Source of the DNA: Candidatus Latescibacterota bacterium
GTDB lineage: Bacteria > Latescibacterota > UBA2968 > UBA8231
Direction of reading: 5' to 3'
DNA length: 64,000 bases
Assembly: GCA_965203175.1 (NCBI GenBank)
Contig: OZ241867.1
Location: 4,640,001 to 4,704,000, forward strand
Under the pieces are notes generated by a model. It searched no databases and was not told the DNA's origin. It worked only from the letters and a program-made list of their open reading frames with translations. A program made the position numbers and the translations under genes. This document shows positions 29,236 to 37,878 of this stretch, piece after piece (position 1 is the stretch's first letter; every line of letters starts with the position of its first letter).

Positions 29236-30522
29236 TTAAGGGCCCTGCAGGACCTTCTCAATGGTAGCGCGCACGATTTTTTCCGACCGACCCGACACAA
29301 AGGCGTCCACCGGCTCATATCCCCCCTCGGCAAAAGAACTCGCCAAGGTTATATACCCAGTCCCCAAATCCCCGTATCCCGCTACGGCGACAAAGGCATC
29401 TGGACGACTCGCCTGCGCATGTAGTTGGTATTCGATAAAGATCTCGCCCGGCAAATGGACCACCGCCACTTGGTCGTTGAGGTGCAAACAAGTGATGGGA
29501 ATGGGTCGCTCGCGGCGGCGCAGATACGTCAACATGAGGGCGGCTTTGCTGTGCACTTTGGCCCCGGAGGCCGACGAGGTGATTTGCGCCAACAGGTTTT
29601 CCTCGTCCATATCCTCCCTCGGCGGCAGCCGCACCGGCTCGACCGTCCAGCGCACGCGCTCCACCGGCTGCCGCGCACTGCCCTGCTCCGCCTCCAACAT
29701 GGCCCGATGGATGCGCTCGGTGAACAATTCCCGGTTGTCGGCTATACCGTCGTTGTACTTGCCCGCAGTGACATTGCCCGCGCAGCCGGTGAAGTATATA
29801 TGCGGTACACCGCTTTCCTCCCTGCGGCGGTTGCGCGCCAAGCCAACGAATTCAGGCGTCACCAGTCCAGTGCCGTCCTCGCTGGTGGGATGGACGGCGT
29901 AGTAGTGCAACAATGCCAGAGCACTCTCCCCCTGATAAAAGCCAATCGTCTTGAGCATGGGGTCGATGATACCTTCGGGAGCTTCCCGCACTTGTGGATC
30001 GCGGCACTGGGTCCAGCGCACCCCAGCCACCTTGCCGTCTGGCCCCATCACTCGCCGATTGGAAGCAATTTTCTCGACTTTGGCCTGCCCCACCGCAATA
30101 TCCGTGCAAGGTTGCAGATTAGTCATGGCCGCACCCGCCGCTTGCGCCACTTCGGCCCGAACCTTTTCGGCCCAGTCGCCAGCCATGATAATATTGGGAC
30201 GGCCGTGGGCGTCGAGAATGTCTTGGGCATCGCGGTCGGGCCAAGGCGTATCGTGGGCGTGGATACAGTGCACGGCCACGCGCTCAGCCTCGGTACCTAC
30301 GGCCCCGGCTAGTTCCCCGCGCCAGCGGTCGTAATCGCCATTGCTCAACTCTGCCCAGTCCAAGGCGCACAAGACTATGGGCGATTGATCGTCCGGCACC
30401 AAAATCAGCCCCAAGGCGGACAGCGGGTCGGCTATCCCCTTGGCCGGTGGATACCACCCCGCACAGAGCGGATGGCCCAGCGGCGGCGTAACGTCGGATT
30501 GAAATGTGGCGAGTTGCAGCAT
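29236..30522 (-). CDS. Neutral/alkaline ceramidase-like amidohydrolase
   Basis: DVTPP, HAHDTP, YAVHP, GCAGNVTAGKYN, PGEIF, GGYE motifs. Confidence 0.75.
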   Translation of the reverse strand: MLQLATFQSDVTPPLGHPLCAGWYPPAKGIADPLSALGLILVPDDQSPIVLCALDWAELSNGDYDRWRGELAGAVGTEAERVAVHCIHAHDTPWPDRDAQDILDAHGRPNIIMAGDWAEKVRAEVAQAAGAAMTNLQPCTDIAVGQAKVEKIASNRRVMGPDGKVAGVRWTQCRDPQVREAPEGIIDPMLKTIGFYQGESALALLHYYAVHPTSEDGTGLVTPEFVGLARNRRREESGVPHIYFTGCAGNVTAGKYNDGIADNRELFTERIHRAMLEAEQGSARQPVERVRWTVEPVRLPPREDMDEENLLAQITSSASGAKVHSKAALMLTYLRRRERPIPITCLHLNDQVAVVHLPGEIFIEYQLHAQASRPDAFVAVAGYGDLGTGYITLASSFAEGGYEPVDAFVSGRSEKIVRATIEKVLQGP

Positions 30523-30584
30523 GGTTTTCTCAATACGGGATGATTGCAGGTATTCCGCGCCGCTTAATATACGCGACCTCCTCC

Positions 30585-30640
30585 TTGACAGGCCACCGCC
30601 TAAGTCAATTATTGGAAGCCCAATCAGTGCTTTTCCAATA
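30585..30640 (+). promoter_or_regulatory. Promoter/operator region with inverted repeats
   Basis: TTGACAGGC-CACC-GCCTAAGTCAA and TATTGGAA...TTCCAATA just before the GGAG RBS. Confidence 0.35.
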
Positions 30641-30650
30641 GGAGCTTCCC

Positions 30651-31874
30651 ATGAAAATCGCCCACATCGAGCAAATCCCCATCGCTATGCCCCTAGCCAA
30701 GTGCTACGACAACCACGCCGGCCGCATGCGCATGTACGACATAGATCAACATATAGTAGTTAAAGTACACGGCGACAATGGGTTAGTCGGCTACGGTGAC
30801 TACGAAGATAACCCTAGGCCCGTACCCCAAGCCGAGATTGACGCGCTCATCGGCACCAACCCTTTCGACTATCTGCTCAACAATTTCCACATGGGTTTGG
30901 GCATGGCGCTCTACGACCTGATGGGCAAGCACGTAGGCGTGCCTGCGCACAAACTGATGGGGCAAAAAGTGCGCGACGCCGTCCCCTGCGCCGCCTGGAC
31001 CCGCCCCTGTCCCCCCGACGTTTTCGCCGGTGAGATCCAGCGCGCTGCCGATCAGGGCTACCGCGTCTTCAAAATGCACTCGGACGCCCGCTACGACGTC
31101 ATCGAGCAGACCCGCGCCGCGGAAAAGGTCGCACCACCCGGCTTCAAACTACACTGGGATCTCAACCACAACCGCACGCTGGGCACGATCCTACCCATTG
31201 TCGCCGAACTGGAAAAATCGCCGATCGTCGGATTTCTCGAAGACCCGCTGGTGTGGAGCGATATCGACGGCTGGCGCACCCTGCGCGAGAAGACCAAAAT
31301 CCCCCTCGTCATGCACGTCCCCCAATTGGGCGGCATCCAGGAAGTGATTCGCGGAGTCGCCGATATCTACATGATTGGCGGACGCATCGGCGACACCCTG
31401 ACCTCGGGCTTTGCCTATGCCAAAGCCAATATCCAGTGCCTGATCCAGCAAAGCGGCAATACCCTGATGAAGGCCCTCACCCTGCACCAAGCCGCAGTCC
31501 TGCCCACGGCCTCGGCCCATACCATCAACTTAGACGACCAGTTCGAGTCCGATGTCGCTGAAAAAATCCCAGTCGTCGAGGGCTTTTCACCTGTGCCCGA
31601 AGGCCCGGGGCTAGGCGTGGAAGTGGACGAAGAAGCCCTGGCCCAAGCTGCCGCCCGCGCCCACCTGCCCAGGTACGACTACATCGGCGTGGTGCACTTT
31701 GCCGGCGGCCACAAAGCCTACAGCTTGGGCAGCCCGAATATCAACCACCTGACCGGCACCGAAGAAGGCCGCCTCCAGGGCCTCAACTTTGAGTACTGGA
31801 CCGACGACGGCTCAGCCGAATACGCCCGCGTCCTCAAGCGCTTGCAGGAGGAAGGGCCGTTTATCGAGAGCTAG
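30651..31874 (+). CDS. Mandelate racemase/muconate lactonizing enzyme family protein
   Basis: MALYDLMGK, FKMH, WDLNH, LEDP, GPGLG motifs. Confidence 0.85.
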   Translation: MKIAHIEQIPIAMPLAKCYDNHAGRMRMYDIDQHIVVKVHGDNGLVGYGDYEDNPRPVPQAEIDALIGTNPFDYLLNNFHMGLGMALYDLMGKHVGVPAHKLMGQKVRDAVPCAAWTRPCPPDVFAGEIQRAADQGYRVFKMHSDARYDVIEQTRAAEKVAPPGFKLHWDLNHNRTLGTILPIVAELEKSPIVGFLEDPLVWSDIDGWRTLREKTKIPLVMHVPQLGGIQEVIRGVADIYMIGGRIGDTLTSGFAYAKANIQCLIQQSGNTLMKALTLHQAAVLPTASAHTINLDDQFESDVAEKIPVVEGFSPVPEGPGLGVEVDEEALAQAAARAHLPRYDYIGVVHFAGGHKAYSLGSPNINHLTGTEEGRLQGLNFEYWTDDGSAEYARVLKRLQEEGPFIES

Positions 31875-33336
31875 AGTCGTACCAGTCCTGCAACGCTGGA
31901 TAGAGCGCCCGATAGCGATCAAAAGCCCGCCGGTAGTATTCGACTCGCTCCTGGTCGCAATGCACGGTCTCAGCCAACTTGACCGTGCTCTGACAGGCAG
32001 TGGCAAAATCCGCATAGAGTCCGCCGCCAACGGCCGCCAACAACGCCGCTCCTACCGCCGATAGATCGTCCGTGGCGATCCGCACCACGTCGCGCCCCAA
32101 AATATCGGCCTGGATCTGCCGCCACACCTCTGAGTGCGAGCCACCCTCGCCGATCCGCAACTCGTCGATGGGCAAGCCGATTTCGGCGAAGCAATCGAGC
32201 GAGTGCCGCAAGTCGAAGACGACCCCCTCCAGCACCGCCCGCACCAGATGCCCCTTCGTGTGCCCCAGCGACAGCCCAACAAATCCGCCGCGAGCGTGGG
32301 CGTCGGGACGCGGCGTGGCCCTTCCTTCGAGCCAAGGCATGAAAAACGCCCCCTCGGCCCCAGCGGGAACCGCAGCCGCAGCCTCGGTCAACTCCTCGTA
32401 GCTACCTCCGAATTCCTCCTTGAACCACTTGAGCGAGGCCCCTCCAGTAAACGAGCAACCCAGCCAAGCGTATTTGCCGGGGATGGGGTGGCACATCGGC
32501 CAGAGCTTGTCAAAGGCCCGCGGATCCAGCCTCTCGGCAAAAGCCGTGGCGTGCGCCGCCGTGCCGATCCCCAAGCTGATAATGCCCGGCTCAATCACCC
32601 CAGCGCCGAGAATCATACAGGGCATGTCCCCGCCGCCAGCGACGACGGGCGTGCCCTCGGCCAGCCCAGTCTGCTCGGCGGCCTCTTGAGTTATGGTCCC
32701 AACCACCTCTGGCGAATCGGCCAAGTCCGGGAACAGCCCCGTATCGACTTCCAATGCCTCCAAAATTTCCCCGGACCACTGGCGCTCGTGCAGGTCAAAA
32801 GCCGCAGTCGTCGAGGCATCCGACACCTCTGCCGCTATCTGTCCAGTGAGCCGATAGCGCAGCCAATCCTTGGGCAACAGCATCCAGCGGCTTTGCTGGT
32901 AAACATCTGTCGCATGGTCTTTTACCCACAACACTTTCGCCAGAGTATTAACCGGCCCCAACCGCATTAGCGTCCGCTCTCGCAGCAAGTCACCCGCGCG
33001 CTGCTCGGCCCAATCGCACTCTGCTTGCGAGCGGTGGTCGAGCCAGATCGGCACCCGCTGCAGGGGCTGCCCGGCGCTATCGACAAACACCGCGCCGTTG
33101 ATCTGCCCCGACAGGCCGACACAGGCGACCTGCGCAGGGTCAATATCGGCGATCGCCTGACGCGCAGACGAGCACAGCCCTTGCCACCAATCCTCCGGAT
33201 CCTGCTCGACCCACCCAGGATGCGGCTTGTAGAGCGGATACTCGGCCTGCCCTCTGCCGATGAGGTCTCCCGCCTCGTCGAGGAGGACGGCCTTGGTGCT
33301 TCCCGTGCCTAAGTCTATGCCCAGTGCGCAGCGCAT
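31861..33336 (-). CDS. xylB: FGGY carbohydrate kinase (xylulokinase-like)
   Basis: GIDLGTGSTK, EQDPEDWW, LLPKDWL, AGGGD motifs. Confidence 0.8.
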   Translation of the reverse strand: MRCALGIDLGTGSTKAVLLDEAGDLIGRGQAEYPLYKPHPGWVEQDPEDWWQGLCSSARQAIADIDPAQVACVGLSGQINGAVFVDSAGQPLQRVPIWLDHRSQAECDWAEQRAGDLLRERTLMRLGPVNTLAKVLWVKDHATDVYQQSRWMLLPKDWLRYRLTGQIAAEVSDASTTAAFDLHERQWSGEILEALEVDTGLFPDLADSPEVVGTITQEAAEQTGLAEGTPVVAGGGDMPCMILGAGVIEPGIISLGIGTAAHATAFAERLDPRAFDKLWPMCHPIPGKYAWLGCSFTGGASLKWFKEEFGGSYEELTEAAAAVPAGAEGAFFMPWLEGRATPRPDAHARGGFVGLSLGHTKGHLVRAVLEGVVFDLRHSLDCFAEIGLPIDELRIGEGGSHSEVWRQIQADILGRDVVRIATDDLSAVGAALLAAVGGGLYADFATACQSTVKLAETVHCDQERVEYYRRAFDRYRALYPALQDWYDSSSR

Positions 33337-33345
33337 CTAATCCTC

Positions 33346-34596
33346 CTATCCGAACCTATCCACGTTACACAAACTCAAATCAAAACCCGGCTCCTCCCCT
33401 TGGACCACGCGCGCGATCACCGCCCCGGTCACCGCCCCCAGCGAGACCCCAACCATGGCGTGCCCGGCCGCTACCGTGAGATTGTCGTAGTCCCGCGGCC
33501 GCCCCAAAAAGGGCAAGCCATCCGGCGTACAGGGCCGCAGGCCCCGCCACACTTCGATTAGCTCTAGCGCATCCGGCGTCCACGCCGGTACGTAGCGCGG
33601 CACTGCATTGACAATCGCGGCGACCCGCCGGCGGTTGATCGACGTATCCATGCCCGCCAATTCGAGCGTACCGGCAAAGCGCAGCTTGTCTCCCATCGGG
33701 GTGGTGCCGACGCGGGCTTCCACCATCATCAACGGTACCTCCGGGCACGGATCCGGCTTGTGGACAGTGACGCTGTAGCCCTTGGCCGGCTGCACCGGCA
33801 GGGACAGACCCAGCCCACGGCCCACGCCCGGTGACCACGCCCCACTGCACAGCACGACTTCGTCAGCAGCAAAATCCCCGCGCGTCGTCTCGACCACTTG
33901 CAGACGACGCCCCTGTTTGCCAAACCCCAACACCTCGGTTTTTTCGTTTAGCTGCACCCCTCGCTCGACGCAGCGCGCAGCCAAGGCCCGCACGAGACGC
34001 GCCGGGTCCAAGTGGGCATCTTGCGCGTAAAACGCCCCACCCACGCAGTCCAATTCCACGACGGCAGCGCGCTCCTGCGCCTGTTGGGCGTCGACTATCT
34101 CTACTTCTATCCCTATCTCCTGCATCAGTTCGGCCTCTTCGTGGACGCTTTCCATCCCCTGCTCGGTCTTGCACAGCAGGAGTCGGCCCTCGTGCCCAAA
34201 GGCAAAATCCAATTCCGCGGCCAGCGCCTCATAGAGCCGAAAGCTCTCCAAGTGCATATCGCGCAACAGCGGCATAGCCTGCCGCACCCGCCGCATGGTG
34301 CTGGCCTTGCGGAATTGCCACAGCCAAGCCACAAGGTCGAGATCCCAGCGCCATTTGATGTAGAAGGGACTGTCCGGGTCGAACATCCACCGCAAGCCTT
34401 GGGCGATGACCCCCGGCTCGGCCAGCGGTACGCTGTGGCTGGGGACGATCAGCCCAGCGTTGCCGTAGGAACTCCCCGCGCAGACCTCGTCCTTTTCGAC
34501 CACAGTAACCTCGCGGCCCTGCTCCCGGAGAAAGTGCGCCACACAGATACCGACGACTCCGCCGCCGATGACCAGCACATCTACCTGTCGCGTCAT
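33346..34596 (-). CDS. D-amino-acid dehydrogenase-like FAD oxidoreductase
   Basis: IGGGVVG, SYGNAG, PAKGYS, GLRPCTPDGLP, GHAMVG motifs. Confidence 0.9.
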   Translation of the reverse strand: MTRQVDVLVIGGGVVGICVAHFLREQGREVTVVEKDEVCAGSSYGNAGLIVPSHSVPLAEPGVIAQGLRWMFDPDSPFYIKWRWDLDLVAWLWQFRKASTMRRVRQAMPLLRDMHLESFRLYEALAAELDFAFGHEGRLLLCKTEQGMESVHEEAELMQEIGIEVEIVDAQQAQERAAVVELDCVGGAFYAQDAHLDPARLVRALAARCVERGVQLNEKTEVLGFGKQGRRLQVVETTRGDFAADEVVLCSGAWSPGVGRGLGLSLPVQPAKGYSVTVHKPDPCPEVPLMMVEARVGTTPMGDKLRFAGTLELAGMDTSINRRRVAAIVNAVPRYVPAWTPDALELIEVWRGLRPCTPDGLPFLGRPRDYDNLTVAAGHAMVGVSLGAVTGAVIARVVQGEEPGFDLSLCNVDRFG

Positions 34597-34607
34597 AGCC
34601 AAGCCTC

Positions 34608-34743
34608 GCGTTTGTCCGACCGGTTGTGTTTCACTCTGCGTATTCAGGGACATTATACGCTGAAAATCTGCGTTGAGCCACCAGCAGAAAGGAACTATCC
34701 ATGCTAGATCGCGCCGTGCGCACCGTATCATCCGCCTGTGCAC
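34608..34743 (+). repeat. Imperfect direct repeat, copy 1: leader, RBS and first codons of the Gfo gene at 35936
   Basis: Matches 35833-35957, e.g. GGGACATTATACGC, CAGCAGAAAGGAACTATCCATG, CGCGCCGTGCGCA; lacks ACCTTGACGC. Confidence 0.88.
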
Positions 34744-34811
34744 CTCACGCGGACTGCTCGACGACACCCCAGCCGATCCACTCGCGGACGAGGATTATCC
34801 GTTAAGCCCTC

Positions 34812-34871
34812 TTGACAGAAGAGCTATTTTATTATAGCATACATGATATAATAAAATAGCAAAGATGCTAT
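34812..34871 (+). promoter_or_regulatory. Promoter with two palindromic operators upstream of the XRE gene
   Basis: TTGACA-N17-TAGCAT; 14-bp perfect IR at 34823-34836/34847-34860; ATAGCA-N4-TGMTAT at 34834 and 34856. Confidence 0.7.
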
Positions 34872-34873
34872 AA

Positions 34874-35113
34874 ATGCCCTTTGATTGTCAACAGATCAAG
34901 GAATTCCGTCGGTGCCTCGGCCTGACCCAGACCCAATTGGCCGAAAAACTACAGGTACCGCAATGCACCATCGCCCGCTGGGAAACGGGCAAAACCGCGC
35001 CCAACGCCAGCCACATCGGCGAAATGTGCGATTTCGGCCGCGTCGCAGGCATCGAACCCGGTTTTTTCTTCCCCGCCTTCAGCCGCTATACCCCGGGGAA
35101 AGCACCACAATAG
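34874..35113 (+). CDS. XRE-family HTH regulator
   Basis: LGLTQTQLAEKL...TIARWETGK. Confidence 0.9.
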   Translation: MPFDCQQIKEFRRCLGLTQTQLAEKLQVPQCTIARWETGKTAPNASHIGEMCDFGRVAGIEPGFFFPAFSRYTPGKAPQ

Positions 35114-35165
35114 CATTGGGAGAAATATCCGAAGGCTTCTCGCCTTCATTAATAAGGAGCCTAAA

Positions 35166-35501
35166 ATGGCCAAAAACACCGTCGTCCTCACTGACGCCAC
35201 CTTCGATGAAGAAGTACTGCAAGCGCAAGAGCCGGTCCTGGTAGATTTCAGTGCCGTCTGGTGCCCTCCCTGCCGCGCCCTAGAGCCGGTGGTCGAGGAA
35301 CTGGCTGGAGAATACGCCGGCCGCGTCAAAGTGGCCAAACTCGACGCCGACCAGTACCGAGAGACGGTCTCGCGCTACCAGATCCGCGGCCTGCCGACCC
35401 TGCTCTTTTTCAAGGACGGCCAAGTCCAAGACACCGTCGTCGGCGCAGCCCCTAAAGGCCAGTTGGTACAAAAATTGGATGCCGTCCTCCAAGCCTCGTA
35501 G
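35166..35501 (+). CDS. trxA: Thioredoxin
   Basis: VLVDFSAVWCPPC, GLPTL motifs; AAGGAG RBS. Confidence 0.93.
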   Translation: MAKNTVVLTDATFDEEVLQAQEPVLVDFSAVWCPPCRALEPVVEELAGEYAGRVKVAKLDADQYRETVSRYQIRGLPTLLFFKDGQVQDTVVGAAPKGQLVQKLDAVLQAS

Positions 35502-35509
35502 CTGATGAA

Positions 35510-35818
35510 TCAATCACTAGCAGCGACCGCCGTTTTCCATTTTGTCATCTCTTCCTTGATAAAGTAGCCCACGAGATCGTTGTACATCTTCTCAATCGCG
35601 TCTGGACTGAGGCCTTCCTCCGCCGCCCAGAGTCTTCGTTGCTCTAGCATGGATTTTAGTCGTTCTGGAGCTTCCACACTCTCCACACTCGTTTTGAATT
35701 GTGCTGCTGCTTGCACGTATTGAAACCGTTGACCTAGCAGCGCAATAACCTCTCTATCGATCCGATCAATCTCCGCACGTATATCTCCCATATCCGCACA
35801 CTTATCTGGCGTTTTCAT
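35510..35818 (-). CDS. pchB: Isochorismate-pyruvate lyase / AroQ chorismate mutase
   Basis: MKTPDKC..DIRAEIDRID, APER, RRLWA closely follow the PchB pattern. Confidence 0.8.
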   Translation of the reverse strand: MKTPDKCADMGDIRAEIDRIDREVIALLGQRFQYVQAAAQFKTSVESVEAPERLKSMLEQRRLWAAEEGLSPDAIEKMYNDLVGYFIKEEMTKWKTAVAASD

Positions 35819-35832
35819 TCATTTCACTCCTT

Positions 35833-35957
35833 GCGTTTGTCCGACACCTTGACGCCGGTTGTGTTTCGCTCTACGTATTTTGGGACATTATACGCCGAAA
35901 ACCTGCGTTGAGCCATCAGCAGAAAGGAACTATCCATGATAGAGCGCGCCGTGCGCA
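35833..35957 (+). repeat. Imperfect direct repeat, copy 2 (functional leader of the Gfo gene)
   Basis: See 34608-34743. Confidence 0.88.
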
Positions 35958-36979
35958 TCGGGATGATCGGCTGCGGCACCCAAGCCAACGTCCACTTTGC
36001 CGTCATCAAAGCACTGGGCGCGGACCAAGCGACAGTTGCTGCCGTCTGCGACCTCGACGACGAGCGCCTCGCCGCGGCCTGCCAACTCTGGCCCGAAGCC
36101 CGTGCGGCCAAAGACTATCGGGATATGCTCGCTTCCGGCGACCTCGACTTAGTCATCGTCGCTACCATGCCCAACACGCACGAAGCCATGTCGTTGGCCA
36201 GCCTCGACGCCGGGGCCTGCGTGCTGTGCGAAAAGCCCTTTATGATGAATGCTTCCCAAGCCGAAGCCGTCCTCGCCAAGGCCGCGGAGACCGGGCTGCA
36301 AGTCCAGCTCGGCACCAACATGCGCTATATGCCGAGTTCACAGTACTTGCACGACCTAGTCCAAGGCGGCACCATCGGCGAGCCCGTATTCGCCAAGGCA
36401 TGGGGCTGCCACGATGTCCCGCCCGTCTGGGGGCCGCACTACCACCTCGCCACCTCTGGCGGCGGGGTCCTCGCCTCGACTCTGGTCCACACACTCGACT
36501 TGGCGATGTGGGTCGGCGGCTCGCCCAATCCGCTCACCGTCAGCGCAGCGACCCGACGCCTCTTCCCCGGCAAACGCGGGCCCAAGGTCGATGCCGCCAT
36601 CCACGCGCGCTACGACGCCGAAGACCTCATCAGCGGCCTGGTGCGCTTTGATAACGGCGCATTTTACTCCTTGGAGGGCAACTGGTGCAGCGAGAAGACT
36701 GACTTCCACAGCTTTGAACTGACCACCACCCGTGCCACGGTGACCGGCGAACCCTTTGCGGTCAAGGTCGATGTCGAAGGCGAGATTGTCGATCAGACGC
36801 CCCAACTCGACGGCGACGACTGGTCCCAAAGCGTCCACACCCAAGACGCCACCCTCATTGCCCAACTCTGCGCCGGCGAACCTTGGGACATGCAGGACGC
36901 CCGTCAGCTACTCAACCTACAAAAGGTCGTCGATGCCTGTTATGAGTCGGCGTATACAGGCCGAGAGGTCGTATTATAA
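35936..36979 (+). CDS. Gfo/Idh/MocA oxidoreductase
   Basis: IGCG, PNTH, CEKP, SGGGVL motifs. Confidence 0.9.
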   Translation: MIERAVRIGMIGCGTQANVHFAVIKALGADQATVAAVCDLDDERLAAACQLWPEARAAKDYRDMLASGDLDLVIVATMPNTHEAMSLASLDAGACVLCEKPFMMNASQAEAVLAKAAETGLQVQLGTNMRYMPSSQYLHDLVQGGTIGEPVFAKAWGCHDVPPVWGPHYHLATSGGGVLASTLVHTLDLAMWVGGSPNPLTVSAATRRLFPGKRGPKVDAAIHARYDAEDLISGLVRFDNGAFYSLEGNWCSEKTDFHSFELTTTRATVTGEPFAVKVDVEGEIVDQTPQLDGDDWSQSVHTQDATLIAQLCAGEPWDMQDARQLLNLQKVVDACYESAYTGREVVL

Positions 36980-37027
36980 CCTACACGGGCACAACAAGTT
37001 GACATGAATTATCTGTAAGGAAATCCC

Positions 37028-37876
37028 ATGACCCAGCCCAACACCTGGACACCTGCCGAGGCCCACAGCACAGCCGCTCTGCTGCACAGCCTGCCTCAAC
37101 CTCTCACCGCCTTGGCCGACGGAGACGTCCCCGCCGTAGTCCTGCGAGGAGCCTACCCGCCCGACCACTGCCAAGGCTTGATGCGCCGCTTTGAGGAGCG
37201 CGGCTATTTCGATCCGGCCACCGTGGGCCAAGCTCCCCAGCTAAGCGGCGGCCCCTATCTCGACTTGGGTACCAGCCTCGGACGGCTCGGAGCCGATCCA
37301 GACGCCTTCTTCGCCCACGCCGTTCGCACTCACGAGTTGTTCGCCACGCTCTTCGAGGGATTTACAGACCCGGTGCGCACGATGTACGCGGCCCTATCCG
37401 ACCTCGCCGAAAGCAAAATAGTTCAAACCGCGCGCGAACCGGACGGGCAGCTCTACGGGCCAGCCATTTTCCGCATGTATCACGCCGCCGAAGGCCACAA
37501 GCCCCACTACGACTCCGTAGCCAAGCGCTCCCGCCCCGGCTACGAATACGCAGTCGCCGACTTCCAGCGCCAATTCGCCGGGGTGTTGTGCTTACAGACC
37601 GGCGATGAAGCAAGCGCCGACGAACCCTTTATCTACCGCTGCTGGGGCACCCAGCCCCACATCGAGGAAGTCCTGCGCGAAGATCGCTTCGCCGAGTACT
37701 CGGCCGAGCACCACATCCCCCGCGTCCAAGTCCGGTTGACTCCGGGCGATCTCTACTTCTTCTGCACTGAAAACATCCACGAAGTAGAGCGCCTAACGCG
37801 CCAGCGCCGCCGCGTCGTACTAGCTTTCTTCTTCGCCATGTCGGAGGATAAACCAGAGATTTTCGTCTGGTCCTAG
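37028..37876 (+). CDS. 2OG-Fe(II) oxygenase-like protein
   Basis: PHYD (HxD), PGDLYFF, IHEV, RVV motifs. Confidence 0.75.
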   Translation: MTQPNTWTPAEAHSTAALLHSLPQPLTALADGDVPAVVLRGAYPPDHCQGLMRRFEERGYFDPATVGQAPQLSGGPYLDLGTSLGRLGADPDAFFAHAVRTHELFATLFEGFTDPVRTMYAALSDLAESKIVQTAREPDGQLYGPAIFRMYHAAEGHKPHYDSVAKRSRPGYEYAVADFQRQFAGVLCLQTGDEASADEPFIYRCWGTQPHIEEVLREDRFAEYSAEHHIPRVQVRLTPGDLYFFCTENIHEVERLTRQRRRVVLAFFFAMSEDKPEIFVWS

Positions 37877-37878
37877 AT

